DNA of 64,000 nucleotides from an uncultured Eubacteriales bacterium. Lineage in GTDB: Bacteria > Bacillota > Clostridia > Oscillospirales > Acutalibacteraceae. The first letter of the stretch is position 1; each line of letters begins with the position of its first letter. The notes below the pieces were generated by a model. That model saw nothing but the letters and a program-made list of their open reading frames with translations. It ran no database searches and was not told where the DNA came from. This document shows positions 7,673 through 18,585 of this stretch, in pieces. The stretch lies in NCBI GenBank assembly GCA_949292775.1, contig CASFBL010000017.1, positions 2,387 to 66,386 of the forward strand, in the 5' to 3' direction. The position numbers and the translations under genes are program-made.

Positions 7673-10600
7673 ATGAAAAAGGCACCGGTAAGAAAGTTAA
7701 AACGGCTTTTAGAAAAGCAGTTGCATGCACTCGCGTCTGCAAAAAAGGAAGAGGCAGCAAACAATTCTGCGCTTTTTGAAAATCGTGGGTATCTTTTGGC
7801 CGAGGGACAGGCGGTGGCAAGTGAACTGCGGCATATTCCGGCTTTAAATGCAGGGCAAAACGGTCTGCCGTCGGTGTTCTGTACGCTTTATTTGATGACC
7901 GAAAACGGAAAGCTCCCGGCGTTTGAACAGCTTGTGAAAACCCTGCGGGAAATTGGCTGCCGCGGGGTTGAAACCGATTATTGCGCGCTGTTTTTACGAG
8001 CCGCGCTGCTTTGCCGTGCGGCGGAAAGTCTGCCGCAAGACGCCGAAACGCTGCAAAACGCAGTCTCTTCTTTACGCGATTTGCCGGATTATCCGTTTGA
8101 GCGCGTGTATGCAGAAGTTTGCGACGCAGAAAAAATCCTTTTGCAGGATGCAGGCTACCGGGACTCGGACACAGCCAGCCGGGGCGTTTATCGGCGTCTG
8201 CTGGCTGAAAAAGCTGCCGCATGCGGGCAGACTGAAGCCCAGACTGCACAAGTGCTTTTCAGAACCGCCGAAGCGGAAAACACCACTGTTTTTCGTCTTC
8301 TGCAGCCGGAAAACGCGCAAACGCACCGGCTGGCTGTGCTGGGGGCGCTGTGCGGCGTGCCGCTTTTGCTGTCCGCCGCCGTTGGCTTTTTGTGCAGAAG
8401 TGCTTTTACAGGAATTTTCTTGTGGCTGCCGTTACAGGCGGCGTTGTCCGGGCTGTTAGCAAGGCTTTTGCTGCGCGGCGTACCGCCTGTGCCTGTGCTG
8501 CGATGCAATATCGACGCCATGCGTGACAGCAACGCCAAAACGGTGATTGCTGTCTCTGCGCTGTTGCCAAAGCCTGAAGCGCTTGGTGCCCTGCAAGCGC
8601 ATTTAGAAGATATTTATCTTTGCGCAGGCGCTAAAGATATACGCGTTTGCCTGCTTGCTGATTACAAGGCGGCGAAAAGCGCCGAGACCCCGGCCGACGA
8701 AGTGGATGCCCTTCGCACAGCGGAAATGATTGACGCGCTGAATTTAAAATATCCGAACGCGTTTTGTCTCCTTTTGCGCGGGCGAAGCTATTCGAAAACC
8801 CAAAGGGAATATATCGGCCGCGACCGCAAACGCGGGGCGATTGAAGATTTGCTTGCCGCCTTGCGCGGCAACTTTTCCGCGTTTTCTCTCTCGTGCGGCA
8901 AAACAGATGATTTTTCTGAATTTTCTTATCTTTTCGTGCTCGACAGCGATACCGAGCTGACCATAGACTGTCTGCAAGCCCTGCTTGCAGCGGCGCAGCA
9001 CCCGGAAAACAAGGCGGTCATCGACCCGGTGCGCCGTGTGGTCACGCGCGGCTACGGTGCGTTTGTGCCGCGTGCGGAACTATCGCTCGAAAGCGCTTAT
9101 AAGACCCGGTTTTCGCGTGCGCTTTCAGGTGTCGGCGGGGTCTCGGGCTATGATGTGCAAATCGGCGAGTTCTGGCAGGACCTGACCGGCTGCGGGCTGT
9201 TTACCGGCAAGGGGCTTTTCGATATTGATACTGCAAAGCAGGTGCTTACCGGCGCGTTTGTGCCGGAAACGGTTTTAAGTCACGATATTCCCGAGGGAGA
9301 GCTTTTGCGCTCGGCGTTTGTTTCTGACGCGCAAATCACTGACGGGGTGCCGGCAACGGCGCGCGCTTATTTTGCCCGCATGGAACGCTGGGTGCGCGGC
9401 GACGCGCAAAATCTTGTTTTTTTAGGAAAACGGCTGCCCGCCTCTGCCGCCAAAATAGAAAATCCGCTCTCCGGTTTATCCAAATGGAAGCTTTTGAAAA
9501 CCCTTGCCAACGCGCTTGTGCCGATTTGCAGTTTGCTGCTTTTGCTCGTCGGTGCGTTTTTACCCTTCCCGGCAAGCTTTGCCGCTGTTTTCGGCGCTGT
9601 AGTGGCATGCACAGCACAGGACCTTGCCGCGTTTTGCCGTGTGGTTTTGCGCGGTGGATTTCTGCGCGCAGCAGAGCGCCGATTTGGAAAAGCCATGCCC
9701 GCCGCCGAAAAACAGCTTTGCGACGCCGCATTGCACCTGATGCTTTTGCCGGTAACCGCCTGGACGAGCTGCACGGCGCTGTGCCGTGGGATATTCCGCC
9801 GGTTTGTGACAAAACGGCACATGCTCGACTGGGTCACTGCCGCCGACAGTGACCGCCTGCTTTCCAAGCGGGTCTCTTTTGCACGCGATTTGTTCCCGGT
9901 GCTTTGCGCTGCCCTTTTGTTTTTCGCGCCGTTTACCGCCGCGCGTGCGGTTGCGCTGTTTTTTCTTGCCGCGCCGGTTTTTTGCTGCGTTTCAGAAAAG
10001 CCTTACCGCGAAAAACACATTGCGCCGCCTGACGCACGCACAGCTGAAGTCCTAACTGCCGATGCCGCCGCCATGTGGAGATATTACACACGCTTTTGCA
10101 ACGCGCGCAATCATTTTCTGCCGCCCGACAATGTGCAGGAAACGCCGGTTCTGCGCGTGGCACACCGCACTTCGCCGACGAATATCGGCATGATGCTCTG
10201 CTCGTGCCTTGCCGCGCGCGATTTGTCGTTCATTTCCTCCGAAACGCTTTGCGATATGCTCGAAAGAACCTTGGAAAGCATCGAAAAGCTGCCGCGCTGG
10301 CACGGGAATCTGCTCAACTGGTATGACACCCAAACGCTCGAAGCGCTGTCGCCGCGCTATGTTTCGACTGTGGACAGCGGCAATTTTCTCTGTTGCCTGA
10401 CGGCCCTTTCCGAAGGGCTTTCCGAATATGCCCCACAGTGCCCCCGATTGTGGGGCGTGCGTGCGCGCGTGGAAGTTCTGCGCAAATCCTGCGACCTTTC
10501 GGCGCTTTATGACCGGCGGCGCAATTTGTTTTACATCGGTTATGACCTCGAAAAAGGCTGTTTCAGCGACGCACATTATGACCTTTTGATGAGCGAAGCG

Positions 10601-13600
10601 CGCATGACAAGCTATTATGCCGTTGCTTCGCGCCAGGTGCCGAAAAAGCACTGGGGCGCGCTCTCAAGAGTGATGTCGCGTTCCGGCGGCTTTACCGGCG
10701 CGCTTTCGTGGTCGGGCACGATGTTTGAATTTTTCATGCCGTATTTGTTTTTAGAGAGCCGCGAAAGCTCGCTGACCTTTGAGGCGCTGCAATATTGTGT
10801 GCACTGCCAGCGAAAGTTCGCCGCGGCAAACCATATCCCGTTCGGCATTTCCGAAAGCGGCTATTACCGGTTCGATGAACAGCAGAATTATCAATACAAG
10901 GCGCACGGCGTGCCGCTGCTCGCGCTGCGCCAAACAAAGGGAGATGAGCTTGTGGTTGCGCCTTATGCCTCTTTTCTTTGCCTGCCGCTTGCGCAAAAGG
11001 CGGCTTTTAAAAACCTGCGTGCTTTAGAAAAGTTAGGGGCGTCGGGCGAATGCGGATTTTATGAAGCCGTCGATTTTTCAAGCGGCCGCAAAAACGGACA
11101 GGCGTTTTCGCTGGTGCGAAGCTATATGGCGCACCATGTCGGCATGAGCCTTTTGTCGGTAGACAACCTGCTTTCTGACGGGGTAATGCAAAAACGCTTT
11201 CTTCGGGACAGGCAAATGCGCGCTGGGCGATCGCTTTTAGAGGAAAAAGTGCCGTCTGCGCCGCTGCTCATGCGCAAAAAAACACCGACAGACACTGCCA
11301 AACGCCAGGAACTGCCGCGCCCGGCAAGCACCCAAAGCCGTGCGCCCTCTCCCCTTTCGCCGCGCGCTGCCGTTTACGGCGACGGTGCGTGGACAAGTAT
11401 TTTAACAGACGGCGGCGCAGGGTACAGTCTGTTTTGCGGTCTGCCGGTCACGCGGGTCAGCCGCGATCTGCTGCACGCGCCGCAAGGTGTGTTCGGGGTG
11501 TTTCAGGCGGCCGAAAACACTCTGCCGCTCGTTTCTGTTTTAGACCGACAGAACCGCGCGCAGTATCAAACGGTATTCACCGAAAAATCCGCCGTGTTTT
11601 CCGCACAAAATGAAGTCCTGCGCGCCAAAACGGTGGTGACTGTGCACGGCAGGGGCCCGGTCGAGCTGCGCCGGTTTACCATTTGCAACCGCACCAATGC
11701 GCCCGTGCGCGGAAATCTGGTGCTGTATTTTGAGCCGTCTCTGCAAGACCCGCTTGCCGAAAAGGCGCATTTGGCGTTTCGAAAGCTTTTGGTTACCGCT
11801 TCACGCACAAAAGAGGGCGACGCGCTGTTTACCCGCCGTCCGCGGCAAGGAGAGCCGGCGCTTTTCTGCGGCTGCGGAATTTTAGAAGAGCTCCCCTATG
11901 CCTGCGCGTTGACCAGAGACAAAGTGCTCACGCGCACAAAAGGCGTGTTTTCGCTTTTAGAGGCAAATATTACCGGCAATGATGCTGCGGGCATAGCCGA
12001 TGTCTGCTTTTCGGCAAGCATACCGCTTGAAATACCGGCGCGCGGCGAGAAAAGCGTGACGCTGTTTCTTTGCTGCGGGCACACAAAAGAGGAAATTTCT
12101 TCGGTTATAGGCAATTTGCGCACGGCGGGCGTCCCGTCCGCACGAAAAGCATCGCGTGCCGCGTTTTGTGAGGATACCCCGAAAAGCGCCGCGGCAAACG
12201 CTGTTTTGCCCGCTCTGTTTTTTAATGCCGAGCGAATCCCATTGCAGATGACGGCCATGCGCGAGAACCGGCAGGGCGTCGAGGCGCTTTGGCGGCTGGG
12301 CATTTCCGGCGATCGCCCGATTTTAACGGTGACGCTGACCGCGCTTTCGGATTTTTCGGCGGCAAAGCCGTTTGTGCAGGCGTTTGCCCGCCTGCGGGCG
12401 CTTTCGGCGGCGTGTGATTTGGTGCTTTGCTTCTCGGGCTCTTTCGAGCAGAGAGAGGCGCTTTTGAAGCAGACGGAGGAACTGCTCGCCGAGGAAAGCT
12501 GCCCGGGACTGCGCTCCCAAGCAGGAAATGTATATGTATTACGCCGCGAAGAAATGTCGCTGCCCGACCAAACCACCCTTTTGGCGCTGTCCGATGCGGT
12601 TGTGCCGTTGGGCAGCCCCGACGAGGGCGCGGCAGAGAAAAAGCCGTTTTGTGAAGCCGCCGTTTCAGACTGCGCAGGCTCCAATCAGCCGAACTGTTTT
12701 TCAGAGCAAGGCGCGGAAATCCATCAAAAGCCGGTTTTGCCGTGGTGTTATGTGCTTGCAAATCCGACCTTCGGCACGCTGCTCGGCGACAGCACGCTCG
12801 GCACGACCTTTGCGCAAAATGCACGCTTAAATAAGCTGACATTGTTTTCCAACGACCCCATGCTCGACAATTTGGGCGAACGGTTGTTTTTGCGCGTAAA
12901 CGGCAAAATTTTTGATATATTGCGTGCGTCCTGTGCCCGGTTTGGGGACAATCGCGCGGAATACACCGCATCCGCCGCCGGAATCACATTGACGGTGACC
13001 GTCACGGTTCCGCGCCGCGGCATGCAGAAGCAGGTGGAAGTGATGCTTGAAAACCAAAGCGGCGTCCAAAAACAGGCCGAGGTTTGTTATTACACGCGCC
13101 CGGTGCTCGGCGAAGATGACCGGCGTGCAAAAAATCTGCAATCCCGGTTTTACGGCGGTGCGCTCGAAGTGCACAGCCCACTGTCACCGGCGTTTCCCGG
13201 CACGATGCGTCTTTCAGCACAGGGAGAAAATATCTTTTGGACGGTGCACGACGATGATTTTGCCGCGGGCGTTTGGGACAGCGGCGGCGATTTACCGCAG
13301 GCATTCGGCTGTGCCGCTGTGGGCAGAAAGCTGTATTTACCGCCGCGCCGCAAAGAACGCGTTCAATTTATTTTGGGCTTTTCGCGTTTTGCAGCGGGCG
13401 CGGAGCGCCTTGCCAAAGAAGATTTGCAACCGATGCAGCTCGGCGACCGGATTCGTGTAAAGACAAACGACAAGGCTTTTAACACGCTGTTTAATGCATT
13501 TTTACCCAATCAAATCGAAATGGGCCGCCTTTTTGCCCGCACCGGGTTTTATCAGTCCGGCGGCGCATTCGGCTTCCGTGACCAATTACAGGACGCCGCT

Positions 13601-14896
13601 GCGCTTTTGCCGGTGCGCCCGAAGCTTTGCCGGTTACAAATTTATCGCTGCTGCGCCGCGCAATTTGCGGAAGGCGATGTGCTCCACTGGTGGCACCCCG
13701 TCGCAAAAGCGGGCGAAGGCAAACACGGTGTGCGCACGCGCTACGGCGACGATCTGCTCTGGCTGCCGCTGACGGTGGCGCGCTATGTGCTTGCGACCGG
13801 CGACCGGGAAATACTCAAGAAGCAAATTGCCTTTTTAGATGCGGCGCCGCTGGAAGCGCAGGAAGAAGAGCGTTATTTTGCCGCGCACGCAGGAAAAGAA
13901 AAAGCGAGCGTTTTGGAGCACGCGAAACGGGCTTTGCAAAAAGGGTTGCAGTTTGGTGAACACGGGCTTCTCAAAATGGGCGCGGGCGACTGGAACGACA
14001 GCTTCAACAAAGTCGGCATCAAGGGAAAAGGCGAGAGCGTTTGGCTTTCGCAGTTTGCCGTGGTGGTGCTCGATGCATTTTCGGCGCTTTTGGAAGAGCT
14101 CGGCGAGGAAGCCGAAGCGTACCGCGCAACGGCACAGCAGCTTCGCGAAGCCATAGACCAATTTGCTTGGGACGGCGACCATTATTTGCGCGCCTTTTTT
14201 GACGACGGGCGAAAAATGGGGGCGAACGCCTGCGAAGAATGCAGAATCGACAGCCTGACGCAAAGCTTTGCCGTTTTTGCGAAAATGTCTGACAAAATGC
14301 GTGTGCAGGCGGCGCTGCATAGTGCATATGCGGCGCTGGTGGACGCTGAAAATGGGCTTGTCCGCCTGTTTTGGCCGCCTTTTTCGGGCAAAGACCGCTC
14401 GGCGGGCTATGTGGCAAGCTATCCGCCCGGCGTGCGGGAAAACGGCGGGCAATACACCCACGCCGCGGTGTGGTTCTGCCGCGCGCTGTTTGAAAGCGGC
14501 AATATGCAGGCGGGTGAGCGGGTCTTATCCCTTTTAAATCCGCTTAACAAAGACGAAGCGGTCTATAAAACCGAGCCTTATTATTTTGCAGGCGATGTGT
14601 ACGCGGCGGAAGAAGCTCCCGGACGCGGCGGCTGGAGCCTTTACTCAGGCTCGGCGGGGCAGTTTTATGCCTTTGTGACCGAGGTGCTTTTAGGGATTCG
14701 TCTAAAGGACGGGAACCTGTATTTTTGCCCGAACCCGCCGAAAAGCTGGGGTGCGTTTCAGTTCGCCTTGTACCTTGGCGGCGCAAAGATAGATGTTGCC
14801 GTTGCACAGAACGCTGCCGGGCGTGTGGAAATCGACGGCAAAACAGCTGCGTTTCTACGCCCGGACGGGAAAAATCATATTGTAAAAATATTTTGA
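7673..14896 (+). CDS. Cyclic beta-1,2-glucan synthase-like giant protein (GT84-type transferase plus GH94 phosphorylase domains)
   Basis: Start MKKAPV at 7673 follows GGAAGG. There are several TM stretches. Transferase-type motifs include VLDSDTEL and ERWVRGDAQN. The C-terminal GH94-like motifs are GFRDQLQD, HWWHP, YGDDLLWLP and GAGDWNDS. Confidence 0.8.
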   Translation: MKKAPVRKLKRLLEKQLHALASAKKEEAANNSALFENRGYLLAEGQAVASELRHIPALNAGQNGLPSVFCTLYLMTENGKLPAFEQLVKTLREIGCRGVETDYCALFLRAALLCRAAESLPQDAETLQNAVSSLRDLPDYPFERVYAEVCDAEKILLQDAGYRDSDTASRGVYRRLLAEKAAACGQTEAQTAQVLFRTAEAENTTVFRLLQPENAQTHRLAVLGALCGVPLLLSAAVGFLCRSAFTGIFLWLPLQAALSGLLARLLLRGVPPVPVLRCNIDAMRDSNAKTVIAVSALLPKPEALGALQAHLEDIYLCAGAKDIRVCLLADYKAAKSAETPADEVDALRTAEMIDALNLKYPNAFCLLLRGRSYSKTQREYIGRDRKRGAIEDLLAALRGNFSAFSLSCGKTDDFSEFSYLFVLDSDTELTIDCLQALLAAAQHPENKAVIDPVRRVVTRGYGAFVPRAELSLESAYKTRFSRALSGVGGVSGYDVQIGEFWQDLTGCGLFTGKGLFDIDTAKQVLTGAFVPETVLSHDIPEGELLRSAFVSDAQITDGVPATARAYFARMERWVRGDAQNLVFLGKRLPASAAKIENPLSGLSKWKLLKTLANALVPICSLLLLLVGAFLPFPASFAAVFGAVVACTAQDLAAFCRVVLRGGFLRAAERRFGKAMPAAEKQLCDAALHLMLLPVTAWTSCTALCRGIFRRFVTKRHMLDWVTAADSDRLLSKRVSFARDLFPVLCAALLFFAPFTAARAVALFFLAAPVFCCVSEKPYREKHIAPPDARTAEVLTADAAAMWRYYTRFCNARNHFLPPDNVQETPVLRVAHRTSPTNIGMMLCSCLAARDLSFISSETLCDMLERTLESIEKLPRWHGNLLNWYDTQTLEALSPRYVSTVDSGNFLCCLTALSEGLSEYAPQCPRLWGVRARVEVLRKSCDLSALYDRRRNLFYIGYDLEKGCFSDAHYDLLMSEARMTSYYAVASRQVPKKHWGALSRVMSRSGGFTGALSWSGTMFEFFMPYLFLESRESSLTFEALQYCVHCQRKFAAANHIPFGISESGYYRFDEQQNYQYKAHGVPLLALRQTKGDELVVAPYASFLCLPLAQKAAFKNLRALEKLGASGECGFYEAVDFSSGRKNGQAFSLVRSYMAHHVGMSLLSVDNLLSDGVMQKRFLRDRQMRAGRSLLEEKVPSAPLLMRKKTPTDTAKRQELPRPASTQSRAPSPLSPRAAVYGDGAWTSILTDGGAGYSLFCGLPVTRVSRDLLHAPQGVFGVFQAAENTLPLVSVLDRQNRAQYQTVFTEKSAVFSAQNEVLRAKTVVTVHGRGPVELRRFTICNRTNAPVRGNLVLYFEPSLQDPLAEKAHLAFRKLLVTASRTKEGDALFTRRPRQGEPALFCGCGILEELPYACALTRDKVLTRTKGVFSLLEANITGNDAAGIADVCFSASIPLEIPARGEKSVTLFLCCGHTKEEISSVIGNLRTAGVPSARKASRAAFCEDTPKSAAANAVLPALFFNAERIPLQMTAMRENRQGVEALWRLGISGDRPILTVTLTALSDFSAAKPFVQAFARLRALSAACDLVLCFSGSFEQREALLKQTEELLAEESCPGLRSQAGNVYVLRREEMSLPDQTTLLALSDAVVPLGSPDEGAAEKKPFCEAAVSDCAGSNQPNCFSEQGAEIHQKPVLPWCYVLANPTFGTLLGDSTLGTTFAQNARLNKLTLFSNDPMLDNLGERLFLRVNGKIFDILRASCARFGDNRAEYTASAAGITLTVTVTVPRRGMQKQVEVMLENQSGVQKQAEVCYYTRPVLGEDDRRAKNLQSRFYGGALEVHSPLSPAFPGTMRLSAQGENIFWTVHDDDFAAGVWDSGGDLPQAFGCAAVGRKLYLPPRRKERVQFILGFSRFAAGAERLAKEDLQPMQLGDRIRVKTNDKAFNTLFNAFLPNQIEMGRLFARTGFYQSGGAFGFRDQLQDAAALLPVRPKLCRLQIYRCCAAQFAEGDVLHWWHPVAKAGEGKHGVRTRYGDDLLWLPLTVARYVLATGDREILKKQIAFLDAAPLEAQEEERYFAAHAGKEKASVLEHAKRALQKGLQFGEHGLLKMGAGDWNDSFNKVGIKGKGESVWLSQFAVVVLDAFSALLEELGEEAEAYRATAQQLREAIDQFAWDGDHYLRAFFDDGRKMGANACEECRIDSLTQSFAVFAKMSDKMRVQAALHSAYAALVDAENGLVRLFWPPFSGKDRSAGYVASYPPGVRENGGQYTHAAVWFCRALFESGNMQAGERVLSLLNPLNKDEAVYKTEPYYFAGDVYAAEEAPGRGGWSLYSGSAGQFYAFVTEVLLGIRLKDGNLYFCPNPPKSWGAFQFALYLGGAKIDVAVAQNAAGRVEIDGKTAAFLRPDGKNHIVKIF

Positions 14897-14963
14897 ACAT
14901 GTGGAATTTTTTTCCACAGTATGCTAAAATATTTCTATTGACTTTAAAAAAGGGAGTAATCCA

Positions 14964-16253
14964 ATGCCGGTTGAACCTAAAGTTACGCAAATCGGTGAAA
15001 AGCTTCGGCTTTTGCGCGTGCGTACCCAAAACACAAAAACGACCTGTATCTCTGTTATTTTAATGATGCCTCTGTTAAAAAACACAGCGGAAAACACGGT
15101 GCTTGCGTCATTTCTTGCCCATGCGTCGGCGAAATATCCAACGCTTTCCCGGCTCAATGAACGCTTAGAGGAGCTTTACGGCGCCATTCTTTCTGCCGAT
15201 GTTTCCAAGCTCGGCGAGGGCTATCGCCTGCGGTTTTCACTGACCTGCATCCGTGACGATTTGGCGCTTGCAGGAGAGGAAAGGCTGAGCGTTGAGGCGC
15301 TTCGGCTGCTTTTGGAGCTGTTGTTCTCGCCGCATGCCGAAAACGGTGCGTTTGACAAGACGCAGCTGGAAACAGAAGTGCGCCTTTGCGTGGAAGATAT
15401 TGAAAGCGAGTTAAACGACAAGCGCGCTTACGCATTGTCACGGTGCCTTGAAATCATGTGTGCGGACGAGCCGTTTGGCGTGTCTAAAACCGAACTGTTA
15501 GAAGCGGTGCGCGCCGTTACGCCCGAAAGCATGTTTAACGCCTGGCAGCAGCTTTTGCGCGAAGCCACGGTCAGTGTGCAGGTAATCGGCAATGTGGATT
15601 TTGAACCGCTCGAGGAAATGCTGCGCGAGAAACTCGCGTCGCAGGAAGGCGACCGCGCCCCGGCGGAGATTCAGACTGTGTTTGTAGAGGCGGCGGAGGA
15701 TGTCACCGAGGTCACAGAGGAAATGGATGTGAACCAAAGCAAGCTGGTTTTGGGCTTCCGCACCGGTATGCGCGACTGTGACGATGACTATTTTGCCACC
15801 CGGCTGATGACCGATTTATTCGGCGGCGGGCCGTATTCGAGACTGTTTATGCATGTCCGCGAAAAGCTGAGCCTTTGCTATTACTGCTCGGCGCGGCTCG
15901 ACCGCTACAAAGGGCTTTTGATGGTGCAAAGCGGCATTGAGCGCAAAAACAAAGACGCGGCATTTAATGAAATTCAAAAGCAGTTACAAGTTATGCAAAA
16001 CGGCGAATTTACCGACGAGGAATTTGCCGCTTCCAAAGCGGCGCTGTGCGATGCGTTCCGCGGGATAGACGACACGCCGGAGGGGCTGGACGCCTATTAT
16101 GCCATGTCGCCCGACGGTGCGGTCCGCACGCCGGAGGATATGGTAAAAGGCTTGGCGGCGGTTACGCGCGAAGATGTTGTGCGCGCGGCAAAGCGGCTGA
16201 CGCTCGACACCGTGTATTTGCTTGCCGGAAAGGAGGAAGCGGTCAATGCCTGA
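14964..16253 (+). CDS. M16-family peptidase, non-catalytic subunit type
   Basis: 429 aa pitrilysin-like fold sequence without HxxEH. It is paired with a downstream catalytic-type M16. Confidence 0.8.
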   Translation: MPVEPKVTQIGEKLRLLRVRTQNTKTTCISVILMMPLLKNTAENTVLASFLAHASAKYPTLSRLNERLEELYGAILSADVSKLGEGYRLRFSLTCIRDDLALAGEERLSVEALRLLLELLFSPHAENGAFDKTQLETEVRLCVEDIESELNDKRAYALSRCLEIMCADEPFGVSKTELLEAVRAVTPESMFNAWQQLLREATVSVQVIGNVDFEPLEEMLREKLASQEGDRAPAEIQTVFVEAAEDVTEVTEEMDVNQSKLVLGFRTGMRDCDDDYFATRLMTDLFGGGPYSRLFMHVREKLSLCYYCSARLDRYKGLLMVQSGIERKNKDAAFNEIQKQLQVMQNGEFTDEEFAASKAALCDAFRGIDDTPEGLDAYYAMSPDGAVRTPEDMVKGLAAVTREDVVRAAKRLTLDTVYLLAGKEEAVNA

Positions 16254-17529
16254 CATTCGTGAAGTGAAAAGTGAAAGACTTAAAGAGAGCTATTTTGAAA
16301 TCGACCACCCTTCGGGGTTAAAAATCCTTGTCTACCCGAAGGCGAACTATGCCGCGACCTATGCCGTGTTCGGCACGCGCTACGGCTCTATCGACACAGA
16401 ATTCCGTTTGCGCGGCGAAGAGAACTTCACCTGTGTGCCGGAGGGCATTGCCCATTTCTTAGAGCATAAACTGTTTGAAAGCGAAGATTTAGACGCGTTT
16501 GAGCGCTATGCCAAAACCGGCGCGAGCGCCAACGCGTATACCTCCTTTGACAAAACCTGCTATTTGTTCAGCTGTACCGGCAAATTTCAAGAATCGCTTG
16601 AAATTTTGCTCGATTTTGTAACGCACCCGTATTTCACCGAAAAAACCGTGCAGAAAGAGCAGGGCATTATCGGGCAGGAAATTCAGATGTGCCGCGACGA
16701 AGCGGGCTGGGAAGCGTTGTTTTCCCTCTTGCGTGCGATGTATAAAACCCACCCGGTGCGCATCGACATTGCCGGAACGGTCGAATCCATTGCTGAAATC
16801 ACGCCGGAGCTGCTCTATAAATGCTATGAGACATTTTATAACTTTTCCAACATGGTGTTGTGTGTGGCGGGCAATGTCACACCCGACGAGGTGCTGTCTG
16901 TCGCCGACCGGCTGTTAAAGGCGCAGAAGCCGCTCCAAATTGAGCGCAAGTTCCACCGTGAGCCGCGCGAAGTGGCCGAAAGCTACACCGAAGAGACGCT
17001 TTCGGTGGCGTTCCCGATTTTCAGCCTTGGCTTTAAAGAGGCGGTGGCCACGCCCGAACGCTCCTTGCGGGAAATCCTTATCAGTGATTTGATTTTGGAA
17101 GCGATTGCGGGCAAGACCTCTGCGTTTTATTCAGAGCTTTTGGAAGCGGGGCTTATCAACACTTCGTTTGAAAAAGAATATTTCTGCGGCTACGGCTATG
17201 CGGCGTGGATTTTCACCGGCGAATCCCCCGACGGGCGCGAGGTGCAAAAACGCATTACCGAGCGCATTCTCGAGTTGCAGAAAACCGGTATTTCCGAAGC
17301 GGATTTTGAGCGTATCCGCAAAAAGCTCTACGGCAGAAGCATTATGACCTTTAACGACATTGACGGCATAGCAAACTCGATGGTTTCGGCGTATTTCTGC
17401 GGCGAGGGTCTGTTTGACGAGCCTGAAATTTTACAGTCTCTGACGCTCGACGAGGTAAACGCGCGGCTGCGCAGCGCGCTGCAAACGGATTGCGCGTCGC
17501 TCTCTGTCATCAAGCCGGAAGGAGAATAA
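16246..17529 (+). CDS. M16-family zinc peptidase (HxxEH)
   Basis: HFLEHKLFE is an inverted zinc motif. Start MPDIREV at 16246 follows AGGAGGA and overlaps the upstream stop. Confidence 0.85.
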   Translation: MPDIREVKSERLKESYFEIDHPSGLKILVYPKANYAATYAVFGTRYGSIDTEFRLRGEENFTCVPEGIAHFLEHKLFESEDLDAFERYAKTGASANAYTSFDKTCYLFSCTGKFQESLEILLDFVTHPYFTEKTVQKEQGIIGQEIQMCRDEAGWEALFSLLRAMYKTHPVRIDIAGTVESIAEITPELLYKCYETFYNFSNMVLCVAGNVTPDEVLSVADRLLKAQKPLQIERKFHREPREVAESYTEETLSVAFPIFSLGFKEAVATPERSLREILISDLILEAIAGKTSAFYSELLEAGLINTSFEKEYFCGYGYAAWIFTGESPDGREVQKRITERILELQKTGISEADFERIRKKLYGRSIMTFNDIDGIANSMVSAYFCGEGLFDEPEILQSLTLDEVNARLRSALQTDCASLSVIKPEGE

Positions 17530-17532
17530 GCT

Positions 17533-18585
17533 ATGACCTTTTTAACAGATTACACCGCCGTAAAATTTACCGGCATCGACCATATTTTCAATGTGTATTC
17601 CACCCTTTGTGAATTCACTGTATTCGGCCAAGAGGTCTCTATCAAATTTTACGGTGTTATCATTGCGTTCGGCTTTCTGCTCGCCGTTTTATTCGGCGGG
17701 CGGATGGCTTACAAATGGAAACTCGATTTAAACAAAATGCTCGACATTTTGCTGTTCGGCACAATCGGCGGCATTCTCGGCGCACGGATTTACTATGTGG
17801 CGTTTGAGTGGGACTATTACAGCCGTCATTTGTCTGAAATTCCGCAGATTTGGCAGGGCGGTCTTGCGATTTACGGCGGGCTTATCGGCGGCATTCTTGC
17901 TGCGTTTTTGGTCTGCCGTCACAACGGGCTGAATTTCCTGAAGCTTTTGGACCTTGCCGGCATGAGCTTTTTAATCGGCCAGGGCATCGGCCGCTGGGGC
18001 AATTATGCAAACCAGGAGGCGTTCGGTACAAATACTACCCTGCCTTGGGGCATGACCAGCGACAAAGTGGCGAGCTATATTGCAAATCACCAGTCCGAAT
18101 TTGCCGAAAAGGGCATCACAATGGATGCGTCTGTTCCTGTGCATCCGACATTTCTTTATGAATCGCTTTGGTGCATAGCGAGCTTCATCATTATTTATAT
18201 CGTTTGCAAAAAAGCCTATAAATTCAGCGGCCAGCTGATTCTCTGCTATGGCATTCTTTACGGTGCTGAGCGCGCGGTGGTTGAGGGGCTTCGCACCGAC
18301 AGCCTTTACATAGGCACGACCTCCCTGCGTGTTTCACAAGTGCTTTCCATGATTTTGGTGCTCATCTGCGCCGCAATTCTGATTGCGAAACTTGTAGAGC
18401 TCAAAAAGCACCCTGTGCCGTTTACGCCGGTGGAAACGCTTCCGGCAGAGCTTGACTATTCGCTTGAGGACGAAAAGGCGGAGAAGCGCGAAAAAAGCCG
18501 CCAGGTGAAAAAGGCAAAAGAAGCGAAAAATAAAATGCTCGAGAAAAAGCAGAAGGAGGAAGGCAAAAATGGCAGTGATTCTTGA
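17533..18585 (+). CDS. lgt: Prolipoprotein diacylglyceryl transferase with a Lys/Glu-rich C-terminal tail
   Basis: Shows GLAIYGGLIGG, GRWGNYANQEAFG and HPTFLYESLW. The last ~60 aa are charged low complexity. Confidence 0.9.
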   Translation: MTFLTDYTAVKFTGIDHIFNVYSTLCEFTVFGQEVSIKFYGVIIAFGFLLAVLFGGRMAYKWKLDLNKMLDILLFGTIGGILGARIYYVAFEWDYYSRHLSEIPQIWQGGLAIYGGLIGGILAAFLVCRHNGLNFLKLLDLAGMSFLIGQGIGRWGNYANQEAFGTNTTLPWGMTSDKVASYIANHQSEFAEKGITMDASVPVHPTFLYESLWCIASFIIIYIVCKKAYKFSGQLILCYGILYGAERAVVEGLRTDSLYIGTTSLRVSQVLSMILVLICAAILIAKLVELKKHPVPFTPVETLPAELDYSLEDEKAEKREKSRQVKKAKEAKNKMLEKKQKEEGKNGSDS

